This document shows, one piece after another, positions 48,309 through 57,515 of a stretch of DNA of 64,000 bases. The DNA is taken from NCBI GenBank assembly GCA_040217195.1, contig JAVJNR010000002.1, forward strand, positions 160,001 to 224,000, written 5' to 3'. Under the pieces are notes generated by a model, which saw only the letters and a list, made by a program, of their open reading frames with translations, was not told the DNA's origin and ran no database searches. The position numbers were made by a program, and so were the translations under genes. The stretch comes from Leptospiraceae bacterium (GTDB lineage: Bacteria > Spirochaetota > Leptospiria > Leptospirales > Leptonemataceae). The stretch's first letter is position 1, and each line of letters opens with the position of its first letter.

Positions 48309-50134
48309 GAGGGCAGGGCTCCGAAGGATTTTTCATAATCCTCGGCATTCATCTCAATGACACCACCATACAGATCTCCTGACTCTAACCTATGCGCAAG
48401 AGCTTTTGCAAAGCAACTGGTTTCCATGAGCGCTTCTTTCACTTTCTTGCCATCCAGACGCATTCCTTCATTGGGCTTCAAATCGAAATGCAGGTCTTCT
48501 TCCGGATTGGATAGAGTGGAACCTCCGGCACGAAAATCCTCAATAATTTCGGTAAGGATAGTGTGAATTTCATCCATAAAATCCTTTATCTGGATTCTGG
48601 TTTGCCGTCCGCTCTGGCCTCGTCTTGAATCGTGAAAGGATACCTTTTTGGCATGTTCAACGTAATTACCAGCCTGGGCCGTTTCCTGGGCTGATTTGTG
48701 GAACTCCAGACATTCATGAATGTAGGCCTTGAAATAGTCATAAGGCTGACGAATTTTTTCCAGACAATCAGACATTCTTTCACGATAATCGATCTTTACG
48801 CCGCCGCGATAGGCTGTATGAAGCTTGATCTGCGGTGTGGTCAGTACAACACTGAATTCATCTTCGAATAGTCGAAGGAAAAGATAGGCGATAACCACTT
48901 TATCCTGATAGGGAACAGTTTTCCATTCTCCCTTTGGATCATAACGCTTGCGTAAATCCTCGAGCGGAAAAGAGTTCATTACTTGCATTCCATAATGCAA
49001 TTCTTTCTGTGCCTGGTCCCCGCCTTCTTCAGCGCCTGAATCAGCTTCCAGGGTCACCTCATCTGCGGTTTCTTCAACTTCATTTTCCCGCGCATCATCG
49101 GCTACCTCCGAGGTTGCTTTTTCCTCATCCGGTTTATCTTCCTCTGACGAAATCTGCGCTTCGCTACTCTTTTTCGATTGGCCGTCCTGAGTCTGGGAAG
49201 CAGCCGTGCCTGTTCCAGTAACTTTGCCCATCTTTTCGGATTCCACAACTCCAATCATGGTTTCAAATAGCCGAGTGCCCGGTTCTGCCTTCTTCATCTC
49301 TGCACGCTGGGCCAGTGCCACAAGAGCCGGGTATATCTGCTCCATCAAAGTACGCCAATCGGATCGAATCTTTTTCCTTTTTGCATCATATAAAGAGGAA
49401 GGTTTATTCTGTACTCTTTGTTGTGTACCAATGGCCAATTCGGTGGCCACCTGAAATGCTTCACTGTAAGGTCGCAAATAATATAGCTTTCGCAATAGTG
49501 CGAACAGGGAGGGGCGAATAGCATCCAGGGGTACGCTTCGATCCGGATAGTCCTGATAATCCGAAAGCATTTCTGAAAGCTCTTTTCGATCATATAACTT
49601 GGAGGCACGTTCCAGAACTTCCACATACAATGGGCCGCTGCGCGAAAGGTCTTTTCGCACTTCTTTGGACACAGCTGGCTCGGAAAACAGCAATTCATTT
49701 CCCAGGATATTACATTCCATTAAGGCTCGTTTGCCCTCAAGGTTTATGAGCGAAAAGAAGGATGGTTTAACCATGTCCTGGCCATAGGGAGTGAGCCCCA
49801 TAAACATGCATCTGAGCTTGATGCCCATGCGGGCAAAAAAACTCGTGGCTGCCTTTTCTTCAGATTCCAGCTCCTTTCGCAGTCTGGCCTGGGCTTCCAT
49901 TTCCTTTCGCCGGTTTTCGCGAGCGATTTCGGATGGTAATCGAGAACCCTCGCCGGAGCCTCCAGAACGCCCTCGAGATCTTTCCCGCTCGGGCTCTTCC
50001 TTTTTTACCGCTCGCTCTCCCAGAACCTGACCACCGGATCCTTTCAATTGATCCAGCATCTTCTTCCGATCTTGAGAGCCCAGGTTCTGAGCACCAATGG
50101 CTTTGCGAGTTCTATCGAACTCCATTTCATCCAT
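48305..50134 (-). CDS. Large helical hypothetical protein
   Basis: Long ORF overlapping the prmA start; start moved to MDEMEF; acidic low-complexity central linker. Confidence 0.75.
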   Translation of the reverse strand: MDEMEFDRTRKAIGAQNLGSQDRKKMLDQLKGSGGQVLGERAVKKEEPERERSRGRSGGSGEGSRLPSEIARENRRKEMEAQARLRKELESEEKAATSFFARMGIKLRCMFMGLTPYGQDMVKPSFFSLINLEGKRALMECNILGNELLFSEPAVSKEVRKDLSRSGPLYVEVLERASKLYDRKELSEMLSDYQDYPDRSVPLDAIRPSLFALLRKLYYLRPYSEAFQVATELAIGTQQRVQNKPSSLYDAKRKKIRSDWRTLMEQIYPALVALAQRAEMKKAEPGTRLFETMIGVVESEKMGKVTGTGTAASQTQDGQSKKSSEAQISSEEDKPDEEKATSEVADDARENEVEETADEVTLEADSGAEEGGDQAQKELHYGMQVMNSFPLEDLRKRYDPKGEWKTVPYQDKVVIAYLFLRLFEDEFSVVLTTPQIKLHTAYRGGVKIDYRERMSDCLEKIRQPYDYFKAYIHECLEFHKSAQETAQAGNYVEHAKKVSFHDSRRGQSGRQTRIQIKDFMDEIHTILTEIIEDFRAGGSTLSNPEEDLHFDLKPNEGMRLDGKKVKEALMETSCFAKALAHRLESGDLYGGVIEMNAEDYEKSFGALPS

Positions 50135-50215
50135 GGCTCTTATACCTGTGGAATCAATGTACCAATCAATCAAAAAAAAGTGGCTGGAATCCCTTTGTCT
50201 CAACGGATGGCATTC

Positions 50216-50581
50216 ATGGTGCAGCAAGAAAGCCTCACTCTGGAAGACCTGAATAATGCCTGCAGTTCAGGATGGGATACGGTCTGTGGAGTAGTACTCT
50301 TTGGTTCCAGAGCCCGGAATGAGGCAGCGCCGGGCGCAGACTGGGACATTGGTATCGTCTATGCGAATGATGCAGAGGAGCCGGAGTTTGAGATTTCTGC
50401 GGACTGGGATTTGTTTCTATGGAATGAAAGCCGCTGGGAAGATGGTTTCGCACTTCAGGTGGAAATAGCCAGGGATGGGGTCATTCTACTGGATCCAGAA
50501 GGAAAGCTTGCCGAGAGATTTGAAAAGATTCGGGAATACATTTTACCGCACTGGGCTGGTTATCTAAAAAAGATGGGCTAG
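50216..50581 (+). CDS. Minimal nucleotidyltransferase (MNT) domain protein
   Basis: VLFGSRARNEAAPGADWDIGIV (GS..DxD), WDLFL, EIARDGVIL. Confidence 0.85.
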   Translation: MVQQESLTLEDLNNACSSGWDTVCGVVLFGSRARNEAAPGADWDIGIVYANDAEEPEFEISADWDLFLWNESRWEDGFALQVEIARDGVILLDPEGKLAERFEKIREYILPHWAGYLKKMG

Positions 50582-50710
50582 TTCAAAGGCTCTTACCAGG
50601 AAGCCTCCGGTGGAAATGCCATTTTTTCTTATCAACCAATCCAGAAAGACCGGACTTGTCTAGGCCCATCGGCTCAAATCTTTTGCAAAAAGGTCCTCCA
50701 GAGGCTAGAT

Positions 50711-52888
50711 TTATTCCTCGGCAGGCCTCTTCGTAGCTTTCTTTTTGGTGCCGGATTTCTTTTTCGCTGAGGTTTGTTTCCTGGAAGCACTCTTCTTACC
50801 GCTTTTGGCTCCGGTTGAATTCCCACTTCCTTTTCCTGAAGAGCGGCTCTGTCCAGCGGTGCTAAAAGGCAATACCCTGGTTTCGAATTTCTCCAGAGCA
50901 GCCCCGGATTCCAGTAATTGCATCGCATCGCGTAGCATAGCCGCTTTTTCGAATTCCATATTCCGGGCAGCTGAAAGCATCTCTTCTTTTAGATGGGCCA
51001 CCTTTTCGCGGCGGGGCATCTGCGGATCCAGAACGATTGTTTCTTTTAACGTGGCCAGAACGTCATCTTCTGTGGTGTCTTCTTCATGGCTTCTTTTGAT
51101 AATATCCTGGATTTCTTTTCGAATTGTCTGAGGCGTAATCCCCATTCTGGTATTGTATTCTTCCTGAATGGCCCGGCGACGAAGGGTTTCATCCATGGCT
51201 GCTTTCATGGAAGGAGTGATAGAATCTGCATATAGAATTGCCTTTCCTTCAACGTTTCGCGCGGCTCGCCCCATGGTCTGAATCAAGGATCGTGTATTTC
51301 TTAGAAAGCCTTCTCGGTCCGCATCCAGAATAGCCACAAGAGATACTTCAGGCATATCCAGTCCTTCCCTCAGCAGGTTAACTCCTACCAGAACCTGGTA
51401 TTTGCCTTTTCGAAGGTCTCGAATGATTTCCACTCTTTCTATTGTATGGATTTCCGAGTGAAGATAAGCCACATCAATCCCAACCTCTCGGATGTAATCG
51501 GATAGGTCTTCCGCCATCTTCTTGGTCAGTGTGGTAACCAGGGTTCTTTGATCATTTTCTATGCGCTTTCTGATCTCCTGAACCAGGTCTTCAATCTGAC
51601 CCTTTACAGGCCGAACATCGATGGTAGGATCCAGAAGCCCTGTGGGCCGGATAAGCTGCTCCACTCGCTTACTACTTCTGCCCAGCTCATAGTCTGCCGG
51701 AGTGGCGGAAACGTACATGACTTTACTTGCAATAGATTCAAACTCCTTAAAGTTCAAGGGTCTATTATCCAGTGCCGATGGAAGCCGAAAGCCAAAGTCC
51801 ACCAGAGTCTGTTTCCTTGACCGGTCCCCTTCGTACATGCCGCGGACCTGGGGCATGGTTACATGGCTTTCATCCATAATAATCCAGAAATCATCTGGAA
51901 AATAGTCCAGCAGGCAGGCAGGAGGTTCACCCGCTTCGCGACCGGTAAGATGACGGGAGTAGTTCTCAATTCCGTTGCAGTAACCCAGTTCTCTGAGCAT
52001 TTCCATATCATAGCGAGTACGTTGCTGAATTCGCTCTGCTTCCAGAGGCTTCCCTTCTTTCTGGAACCTGGCTACCTGCTCTTCCAGTTCCTTTTCAATC
52101 TTCTCCAGCGCTTCCTTTAACTTTGGCGGGGAGGTAATGAAGTGCTTGGCTGGATAGACTACGGCTCTTTCAAGGCTATCCAGTATTTTGCCTGTAAGCG
52201 GGTCGAAATAGCTCAGGTTGTCAATTTCATCGCCAAACCATTCTATGCGAATTCCTTCATTTCTATAGGCTGGAAATATTTCTACTGTATCGCCTCTTAC
52301 ACGAAAATTTCCGCGACTAAAATCCAGATCATTTCTCTGGTATTGAATGTGTAATAACTGTCGAATTACATCGTTTCGTTCAATGGTAAGCCCTCGATCC
52401 AGCATTACCAGGCTATGGCGATATTCCTCTGGCGAGCCCAGACCATAGATGCAGGATACGGAAGATACGATAATTACATCCTGGCGCTCTAAAAGAGAGG
52501 ACGTGGCCCTCAGTCTAAGCCGATCAATTTCATCGTTAATCGAAGAATCTTTTTCAATATATGTATCTGAGGAGGGAACGTAGGCTTCTGGCTGATAGTA
52601 ATCGTAGTAGGAAACAAAATACTCTACAGCATTTTCTGGAAAGAATTCACGAAACTCCCGGTATAGTTGTGCAGCCAGAGTCTTATTATGAGTCAGTACC
52701 AGCGTTGGCTTCTGCATGTTCTCTACGAAGCCAGCCATGGTGTATGTTTTACCGGATCCGGTTACTCCAACCAGACATAATTGTTCTTCTCCGCTATTGG
52801 CCGCTCCGGAGAGCTCACGGATGGCCCGGGGCTGATCGCCTGCCGCTTCATAATCGGATACCAGGCGGAACCTGCGATTCTCAGACAT
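50711..52888 (-). CDS. uvrB: Excinuclease ABC subunit B
   Basis: [41 protein letters not shown] domain. Confidence 0.98.
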   Translation of the reverse strand: MSENRRFRLVSDYEAAGDQPRAIRELSGAANSGEEQLCLVGVTGSGKTYTMAGFVENMQKPTLVLTHNKTLAAQLYREFREFFPENAVEYFVSYYDYYQPEAYVPSSDTYIEKDSSINDEIDRLRLRATSSLLERQDVIIVSSVSCIYGLGSPEEYRHSLVMLDRGLTIERNDVIRQLLHIQYQRNDLDFSRGNFRVRGDTVEIFPAYRNEGIRIEWFGDEIDNLSYFDPLTGKILDSLERAVVYPAKHFITSPPKLKEALEKIEKELEEQVARFQKEGKPLEAERIQQRTRYDMEMLRELGYCNGIENYSRHLTGREAGEPPACLLDYFPDDFWIIMDESHVTMPQVRGMYEGDRSRKQTLVDFGFRLPSALDNRPLNFKEFESIASKVMYVSATPADYELGRSSKRVEQLIRPTGLLDPTIDVRPVKGQIEDLVQEIRKRIENDQRTLVTTLTKKMAEDLSDYIREVGIDVAYLHSEIHTIERVEIIRDLRKGKYQVLVGVNLLREGLDMPEVSLVAILDADREGFLRNTRSLIQTMGRAARNVEGKAILYADSITPSMKAAMDETLRRRAIQEEYNTRMGITPQTIRKEIQDIIKRSHEEDTTEDDVLATLKETIVLDPQMPRREKVAHLKEEMLSAARNMEFEKAAMLRDAMQLLESGAALEKFETRVLPFSTAGQSRSSGKGSGNSTGAKSGKKSASRKQTSAKKKSGTKKKATKRPAEE

Positions 52889-53511
52889 TAGCTTACCTTT
52901 TTGCGTGCTGTAAAAATGGCCAGGTTCTCGGAATCTTTTATATCTATATCCAGTTCATCAAACAGCTTGGACATTACCATCATGCCCCGCATAAGAGTTA
53001 AGGAGCTGTTATATTTTCCGGCTTCAATATCGCGTTCGATTTGAACCTCTTTCAGGCCATTGCGTATTTCTATGCGAAACTCGCCATCTTCAATTGAGTA
53101 GTTGATTTCTATAGGATTCTGATCATTGTATTTAACTGCATTCTCCATCGCTTCCGTTGTGGCGATGGACATATCGACAATAAGTTCTTCAGGTAGCTCT
53201 TTGATGCGAAAGAAAGTCTCAAGTCTGGCTCGCACCATTTGAATGGGCGAATCTTTCAGAAACCCGGAAACGCGATACCTGGTAATCGGAGTCGCTTCGG
53301 TTATGGATGCAAGCACGAACTCTTCGGATATACTGTCATGATTTTTCAGTAGACCTTCTGATGTAAGAGTTTGCAGAGCGGAAAGAGTTTCTTCTTCAGT
53401 GGAGTCGATATTGTATTCGAAGCGAAGCCAGGATCTGAAATCCTTATGATTTCCCCAGCAACCAGATTGAATCAATTCACGTAATGCACTGATTACTGCC
53501 GGATTCGTCAT
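52888..53511 (-). CDS. RsbW-like HATPase_c protein with N-terminal putative winged helix
   Basis: [14 protein letters not shown]-box, [17 protein letters not shown] overlap with the uvrB start. Confidence 0.8.
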   Translation of the reverse strand: MTNPAVISALRELIQSGCWGNHKDFRSWLRFEYNIDSTEEETLSALQTLTSEGLLKNHDSISEEFVLASITEATPITRYRVSGFLKDSPIQMVRARLETFFRIKELPEELIVDMSIATTEAMENAVKYNDQNPIEINYSIEDGEFRIEIRNGLKEVQIERDIEAGKYNSSLTLMRGMMVMSKLFDELDIDIKDSENLAIFTARKKVS

Positions 53512-53512
53512 T

Positions 53513-54403
53513 CTACTCTTTTTTCTCAGAGTGTCGGAAAAGGGCAAGAAAAAGATTTCCGACGAATATCAAGCTCGCACCAATTGCTCCGGATAGTCCT
53601 GGAATCTCCTGTAATAGAAAGAAACCGGCCACAAGGGCAATTGGTATACGTAGACTGGAAACTATGCTGCCTGCTGTAGCTGACAAATAGGCGTAGGATC
53701 TGGTTAAAGACCATTGGCCTGCCACTCCCAGGCAGGCCGATGCGAGCACAAATAGACCTCCTGGATGCAACATTTGCTCCAGGGATGAATAGGCCAGAGG
53801 GAGGCTGGCAACGGTGCCAAGAGCAAACATCCATAAGAGAATTTCCTCAGACCTGGCCTGCATGGCGGCGCCTCGTAGCGAAAGAATGGCTATGGCTGCA
53901 AGTAAGCCTGAACCAATGCCCCAGAGATCCGGTTTTGAAATATTGCCCGTTTCGTATAAAGGATAGAATACATACAGACCAATCCCTCCTAAGCTGAAGG
54001 CAAGTACCACCAGCATTCGCCGATCAGGAATTTCCCGGAAGATGGGAATCGCAAACAGAGCCACAAAGGCCGGATAGGTCATATTTAAAACATTAGCTGT
54101 GCCAGCTGGGCCCGTTGCTACTGCCTCATAGAAAAATAGCAATGCAAGAGTATTGAAGATGGCTCTTAGATAGACAGGTACTGGAACTTTCCATCGAAAG
54201 GGTAGACCTGCTCTGCGAAACAAGTAGATTGAGAAAAAAAATCCAAGCAAATAGCGGACAAAGGCGAATAACTCAGAAGCCAGTGCTTCATCGTATAGCG
54301 CTCCCAGACGCACAAAGAAGGTAGCAAAGTAAAAACTCAGAGCGCTGAATGCATTAAGTAGAATACCGTAGAGTTGTCGCCGATGGTAAATGGATTGACT
54401 CAT
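53513..54403 (-). CDS. DMT/EamA family transporter
   Basis: About ten transmembrane helices in two repeats; TYPAFVALFAIPIFRE. Confidence 0.88.
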   Translation of the reverse strand: MSQSIYHRRQLYGILLNAFSALSFYFATFFVRLGALYDEALASELFAFVRYLLGFFFSIYLFRRAGLPFRWKVPVPVYLRAIFNTLALLFFYEAVATGPAGTANVLNMTYPAFVALFAIPIFREIPDRRMLVVLAFSLGGIGLYVFYPLYETGNISKPDLWGIGSGLLAAIAILSLRGAAMQARSEEILLWMFALGTVASLPLAYSSLEQMLHPGGLFVLASACLGVAGQWSLTRSYAYLSATAGSIVSSLRIPIALVAGFFLLQEIPGLSGAIGASLIFVGNLFLALFRHSEKKE

Positions 54404-54431
54404 GATCGCTCCGAGACGAACAGGAAGAATC

Positions 54432-55148
54432 ATGGCGATTCTGAAGGTAAGCATTTTTCAAAAGAATCTCACCGAAGGCCTGAATCTATCCCTGCATAAG
54501 AAGCTTGCGGCTCTCAAATCTGACTTTCTGGTTTTTCCGGAATACTTTGCTGTTGATGGCTCCATAAAAGATCATAAGTCCCTGGCGGATCGGACAAAGT
54601 TTGCTCTGGACTGGCTCGGTAAGCTCAGTGAGGCCTATAAAGGCGTAGTTATAGGTGGAACGGTTATTCGTGAGGTGGAAGGCCAGTATTTCAATGCAAT
54701 GCCGGTTTTCTTCGAGGGGCAGCTGGTGGACTGGTATCATAAACGATTTCTCACAGAGAATGAATCGCCAGTGCTGACTCAGGGTCAGGATCCAGGCATT
54801 TTTATCCTGGGCGGACATCGGTTTGGAGTACTGATTTGCGCCGATGTGCTGAAGCCTGAGTACGTAACAGAGCTGGCGCAACAGGATGTTCGATTGATTT
54901 TTACAGTCATGAATTCGCCCTATAAAGAAGAATCCAGCGATGAGAAGCATGCCAGAGATGAAAAGCTTTACTGCGGTCCGGCCCGAGAACAGGGGCTGAC
55001 CATTATTAAATGCTGCTCCACCGGAACAATATTTGGCAGACGATTGCAAGGACGTTCGCTGGCAGTAACGCCATCTGGCATTAGCTGGAGAGTGGCCCCG
55101 GATGAAGAAGATCGGGAGATACTCAAGACCGTTGTTCTAAATGCCTAG
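54432..55148 (+). CDS. Carbon-nitrogen hydrolase (nitrilase superfamily)
   Basis: FPEY, YHK, LICAD (E-K-C triad). Confidence 0.88.
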   Translation: MAILKVSIFQKNLTEGLNLSLHKKLAALKSDFLVFPEYFAVDGSIKDHKSLADRTKFALDWLGKLSEAYKGVVIGGTVIREVEGQYFNAMPVFFEGQLVDWYHKRFLTENESPVLTQGQDPGIFILGGHRFGVLICADVLKPEYVTELAQQDVRLIFTVMNSPYKEESSDEKHARDEKLYCGPAREQGLTIIKCCSTGTIFGRRLQGRSLAVTPSGISWRVAPDEEDREILKTVVLNA

Positions 55149-55243
55149 GCGAATTAACTGAATCCATGGATCCGCTTCCTGGTTAGCTTTACCAGTATCC
55201 TCGTTTAGCTGGGGCCTCCCACCATTTCTCTGGAGGCGGATCT

Positions 55244-56176
55244 CTAATGTCCGAAGAGAACTCGGTTCAATCTGGAAAAAAATCGCGAAAGATAATAATG
55301 GGTCATTCCGGCCATTCTCTTATGTAATCCGGCTTTGAATTCGAATACTGCTTCTGCCACTGCCGGAAAATCCGGTAATCGCTCACTCGATTTTAGAATC
55401 ATCAAACCAATCAAATCCAGAATTTCCTCATAGCTGCGATCCAACTGTGTTTTCCAGTCCTGAAAATTCTTTTCCAGAGATGCATAGATTTCCAGTTCAT
55501 GAAGGCCCATTGGATGTCCCAGACCATCTTCAATTTTCTCTTTCAATCGTATGAAGCTATCGTCCAGAATAACGCTTGAAAGCTCCAGGCTACCTCCCAT
55601 CAGATCCAGAATGAACTGATCTGATTGGCCGGTAATCTCTGACATAGTATTGCCAGGAATTAAATGGAAGGGAATGCAGACCCCTCGGCTGATGATCGTT
55701 TCTTTTAGTAATTCCAGATCTTCAACGAGCAGCACAAAGCGGCTATGCTCCGGTGGTTCCTCCAGGGTCTTTAGAAGGGCCGTTTCTGCCTCATTTTGGA
55801 TCAAGTCGGCCCGTGGAATGAGTATATATCGCTGGGCTGCCTTGAAAGGTGGATACATTAATCGAGTGCGTATTAGCCATCGGACGGTGAAAGGAGCCGG
55901 CTGTTTTTCATCCCCAATCAGGATTTTCTCTTCAGGAAATAGAATGTAATCGGGATGTTCCTGGCGGCTGAACAGTCGACAGGATGGGCATTGACCGCAT
56001 CCGTTACCGGTTTCGCATAAAGCGCATTGAATAAACCATTCGGCAGCGCTGAATTTCCCCACCCCAGCCGGGCCATGAAGTATAAGCAGTGGCGGCGCCG
56101 GATGTCCTATGTAATGATCCAGCATGGACCGGGCAATACTCTGACCTTTTAATTGAAAGCCCATAGTGCCAACCAC
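55244..56176 (-). CDS. holB: DNA polymerase III delta' subunit
   Basis: GPAGVGK, C..CGQCPSC, HPD, ALLKTLEEPP, TIISR. Confidence 0.88.
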   Translation of the reverse strand: MVGTMGFQLKGQSIARSMLDHYIGHPAPPLLILHGPAGVGKFSAAEWFIQCALCETGNGCGQCPSCRLFSRQEHPDYILFPEEKILIGDEKQPAPFTVRWLIRTRLMYPPFKAAQRYILIPRADLIQNEAETALLKTLEEPPEHSRFVLLVEDLELLKETIISRGVCIPFHLIPGNTMSEITGQSDQFILDLMGGSLELSSVILDDSFIRLKEKIEDGLGHPMGLHELEIYASLEKNFQDWKTQLDRSYEEILDLIGLMILKSSERLPDFPAVAEAVFEFKAGLHKRMAGMTHYYLSRFFSRLNRVLFGH

Positions 56177-56217
56177 TGAGAAGCGGCGGTCTGTGCAATT
56201 CTTACAAAAAGTGCTGG

Positions 56218-56373
56218 AAAAAGAAAAAACCCGGCCTCCTCATTCGAAGGGCCGGGCTGCATCTGAACACACTCTTTCCCGATCTGTCGCCGACTTTTCA
56301 TCGGCGCGGATACTCGCTCGAAGCGAGTAATGAGTGAAAGGATACCTTTTAATCTCCCCCTTAAAAGAATCCG
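56218..56373 (-). ncRNA. Candidate structured small RNA of about 155 nt ending in an intrinsic terminator
   Basis: Hairpins at 56372-56340, 56329-56311, 56306-56288; terminator CCCGGCC/GGCCGGG (56256-56230) plus U tract; no family recognised. Confidence 0.6.
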
Positions 56374-56383
56374 ACTATACTAT

Positions 56384-56399
56384 TGCAGGCGGCGTACCA
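56384..56399 (-). promoter_or_regulatory. Candidate sigma54 -24/-12 promoter
   Basis: TGGTACGCCGCCTGCA (GG-N10-GC); predicted +1 near 56373 at the base of the first hairpin. Confidence 0.6.
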
Positions 56400-56880
56400 G
56401 GGAGGGCTCGGACCGGAAAAAAATGCTCATCAAGACCTGTGGCAGAGAAAAAAAAGTGCCTTTTTGCTGATTTTCCGCATCCACGCATGGTACAGCCATT
56501 CGCAGGGGCACTTTACGTCTAGAAGTCTGGTCCTGCGGCTGCCCACTCGGTGTAGCTTTACGCCGGATCCCCGGGGGGTGCACAAAATATAGCTGCCATC
56601 CTTTGCTACATGGCTTTATTGTAAGCCAAGCACAATAAATGGTCAGAATTACTGCCCGGAGAAAAGTCCCTTCCTTCTCGAGGAGAAATTCCCCTGGCAG
56701 ATGTGGGTTTCCCGGTTTCTATTCCCTGCCTCATTCTTTCGTCAATTCGCCATTCTCTCAATAATTTGGCCTGGTCCGGAGTTGATGGGCCCATTGGATG
56801 GAAAATCGATGGATCCTGAACGGACCGGTAGGGCCAGAACCATTAACTGGATGAAAAGAAAGCCAGCTCAAGGAATCTAT

Positions 56881-56908
56881 TTGACCGAAAGGGTGATACA
56901 ATTAGATT
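56881..56908 (+). promoter_or_regulatory. sigma70-like promoter
   Basis: TTGACC-N16-TAGATT, 7 nt before ATG 56916; no SD. Confidence 0.5.
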
Positions 56909-56915
56909 CCGCTTC

Positions 56916-57515
56916 ATGCGAAAACATAGATTCCTTGCGGTGGTTGCCATTCTGGCCATTTGTTCGGCGACTTACTGCAAGTCCGGTGACGAAGAGCCAT
57001 CCGATGATCAAGAGCTATTGAATCTTCTGGATGTAAATGTGGCTAATGGGATATTCTGGGTGGGCAAGACCAGTCAGAATAGCTGCAATGCGGGGGATGC
57101 ATCCACCACAGCAACCGTATGCTTTACTCAAACGACTCTGGAAAATACTTATCTTTCCGGAAATGAAAATAACCTGAACCTTTATTTGCCATCCGGAAAT
57201 CCGCCGGCGGGAACTGTCAGTCTTTTGATTCCGCACCCGGACAATTCTTCGCTCAATACATTCGATATTGCAGTGAGTGGAGATCTTTCCGGGGGGTATG
57301 AGACCGGAAACGGAGTGAGTCGGGTGCTAACACTGACTGCGGCTACAGCCACCACTGCCGCAAGTTCTTCAGTGCAGATTCAAATGGTGAGTTTTACAGC
57401 TCAGCAAACGGAGAATTCGGTAGATGGCACCATCGTAGTGCGATTTCTGAGAGCCAGCGGCAGCAATCCAACCTATGACGTTGAATATAACTTCTCTCTG
57501 GACAGGCAGTACTGA
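56916..57515 (+). CDS. Putative surface lipoprotein, Ser/Thr/Asn-rich and beta-rich
   Basis: MRKHRFLAVVAILAICSATYC spirochaetal-type lipobox; stop overlaps the next ATG. Confidence 0.72.
   Translation: MRKHRFLAVVAILAICSATYCKSGDEEPSDDQELLNLLDVNVANGIFWVGKTSQNSCNAGDASTTATVCFTQTTLENTYLSGNENNLNLYLPSGNPPAGTVSLLIPHPDNSSLNTFDIAVSGDLSGGYETGNGVSRVLTLTAATATTAASSSVQIQMVSFTAQQTENSVDGTIVVRFLRASGSNPTYDVEYNFSLDRQY

Noticed and set aside
56453..56465. Minus-strand AGGCAC followed by a T run as another sigma54 site
   Set aside because: The -12 position reads TC rather than GC
56334..57021. Short ORFs in the holB-lipoprotein gap, including a peptide reading of the candidate sRNA
   Set aside because: No properly spaced SD/start pair and no protein-like composition; the RNA-structure explanation fits better
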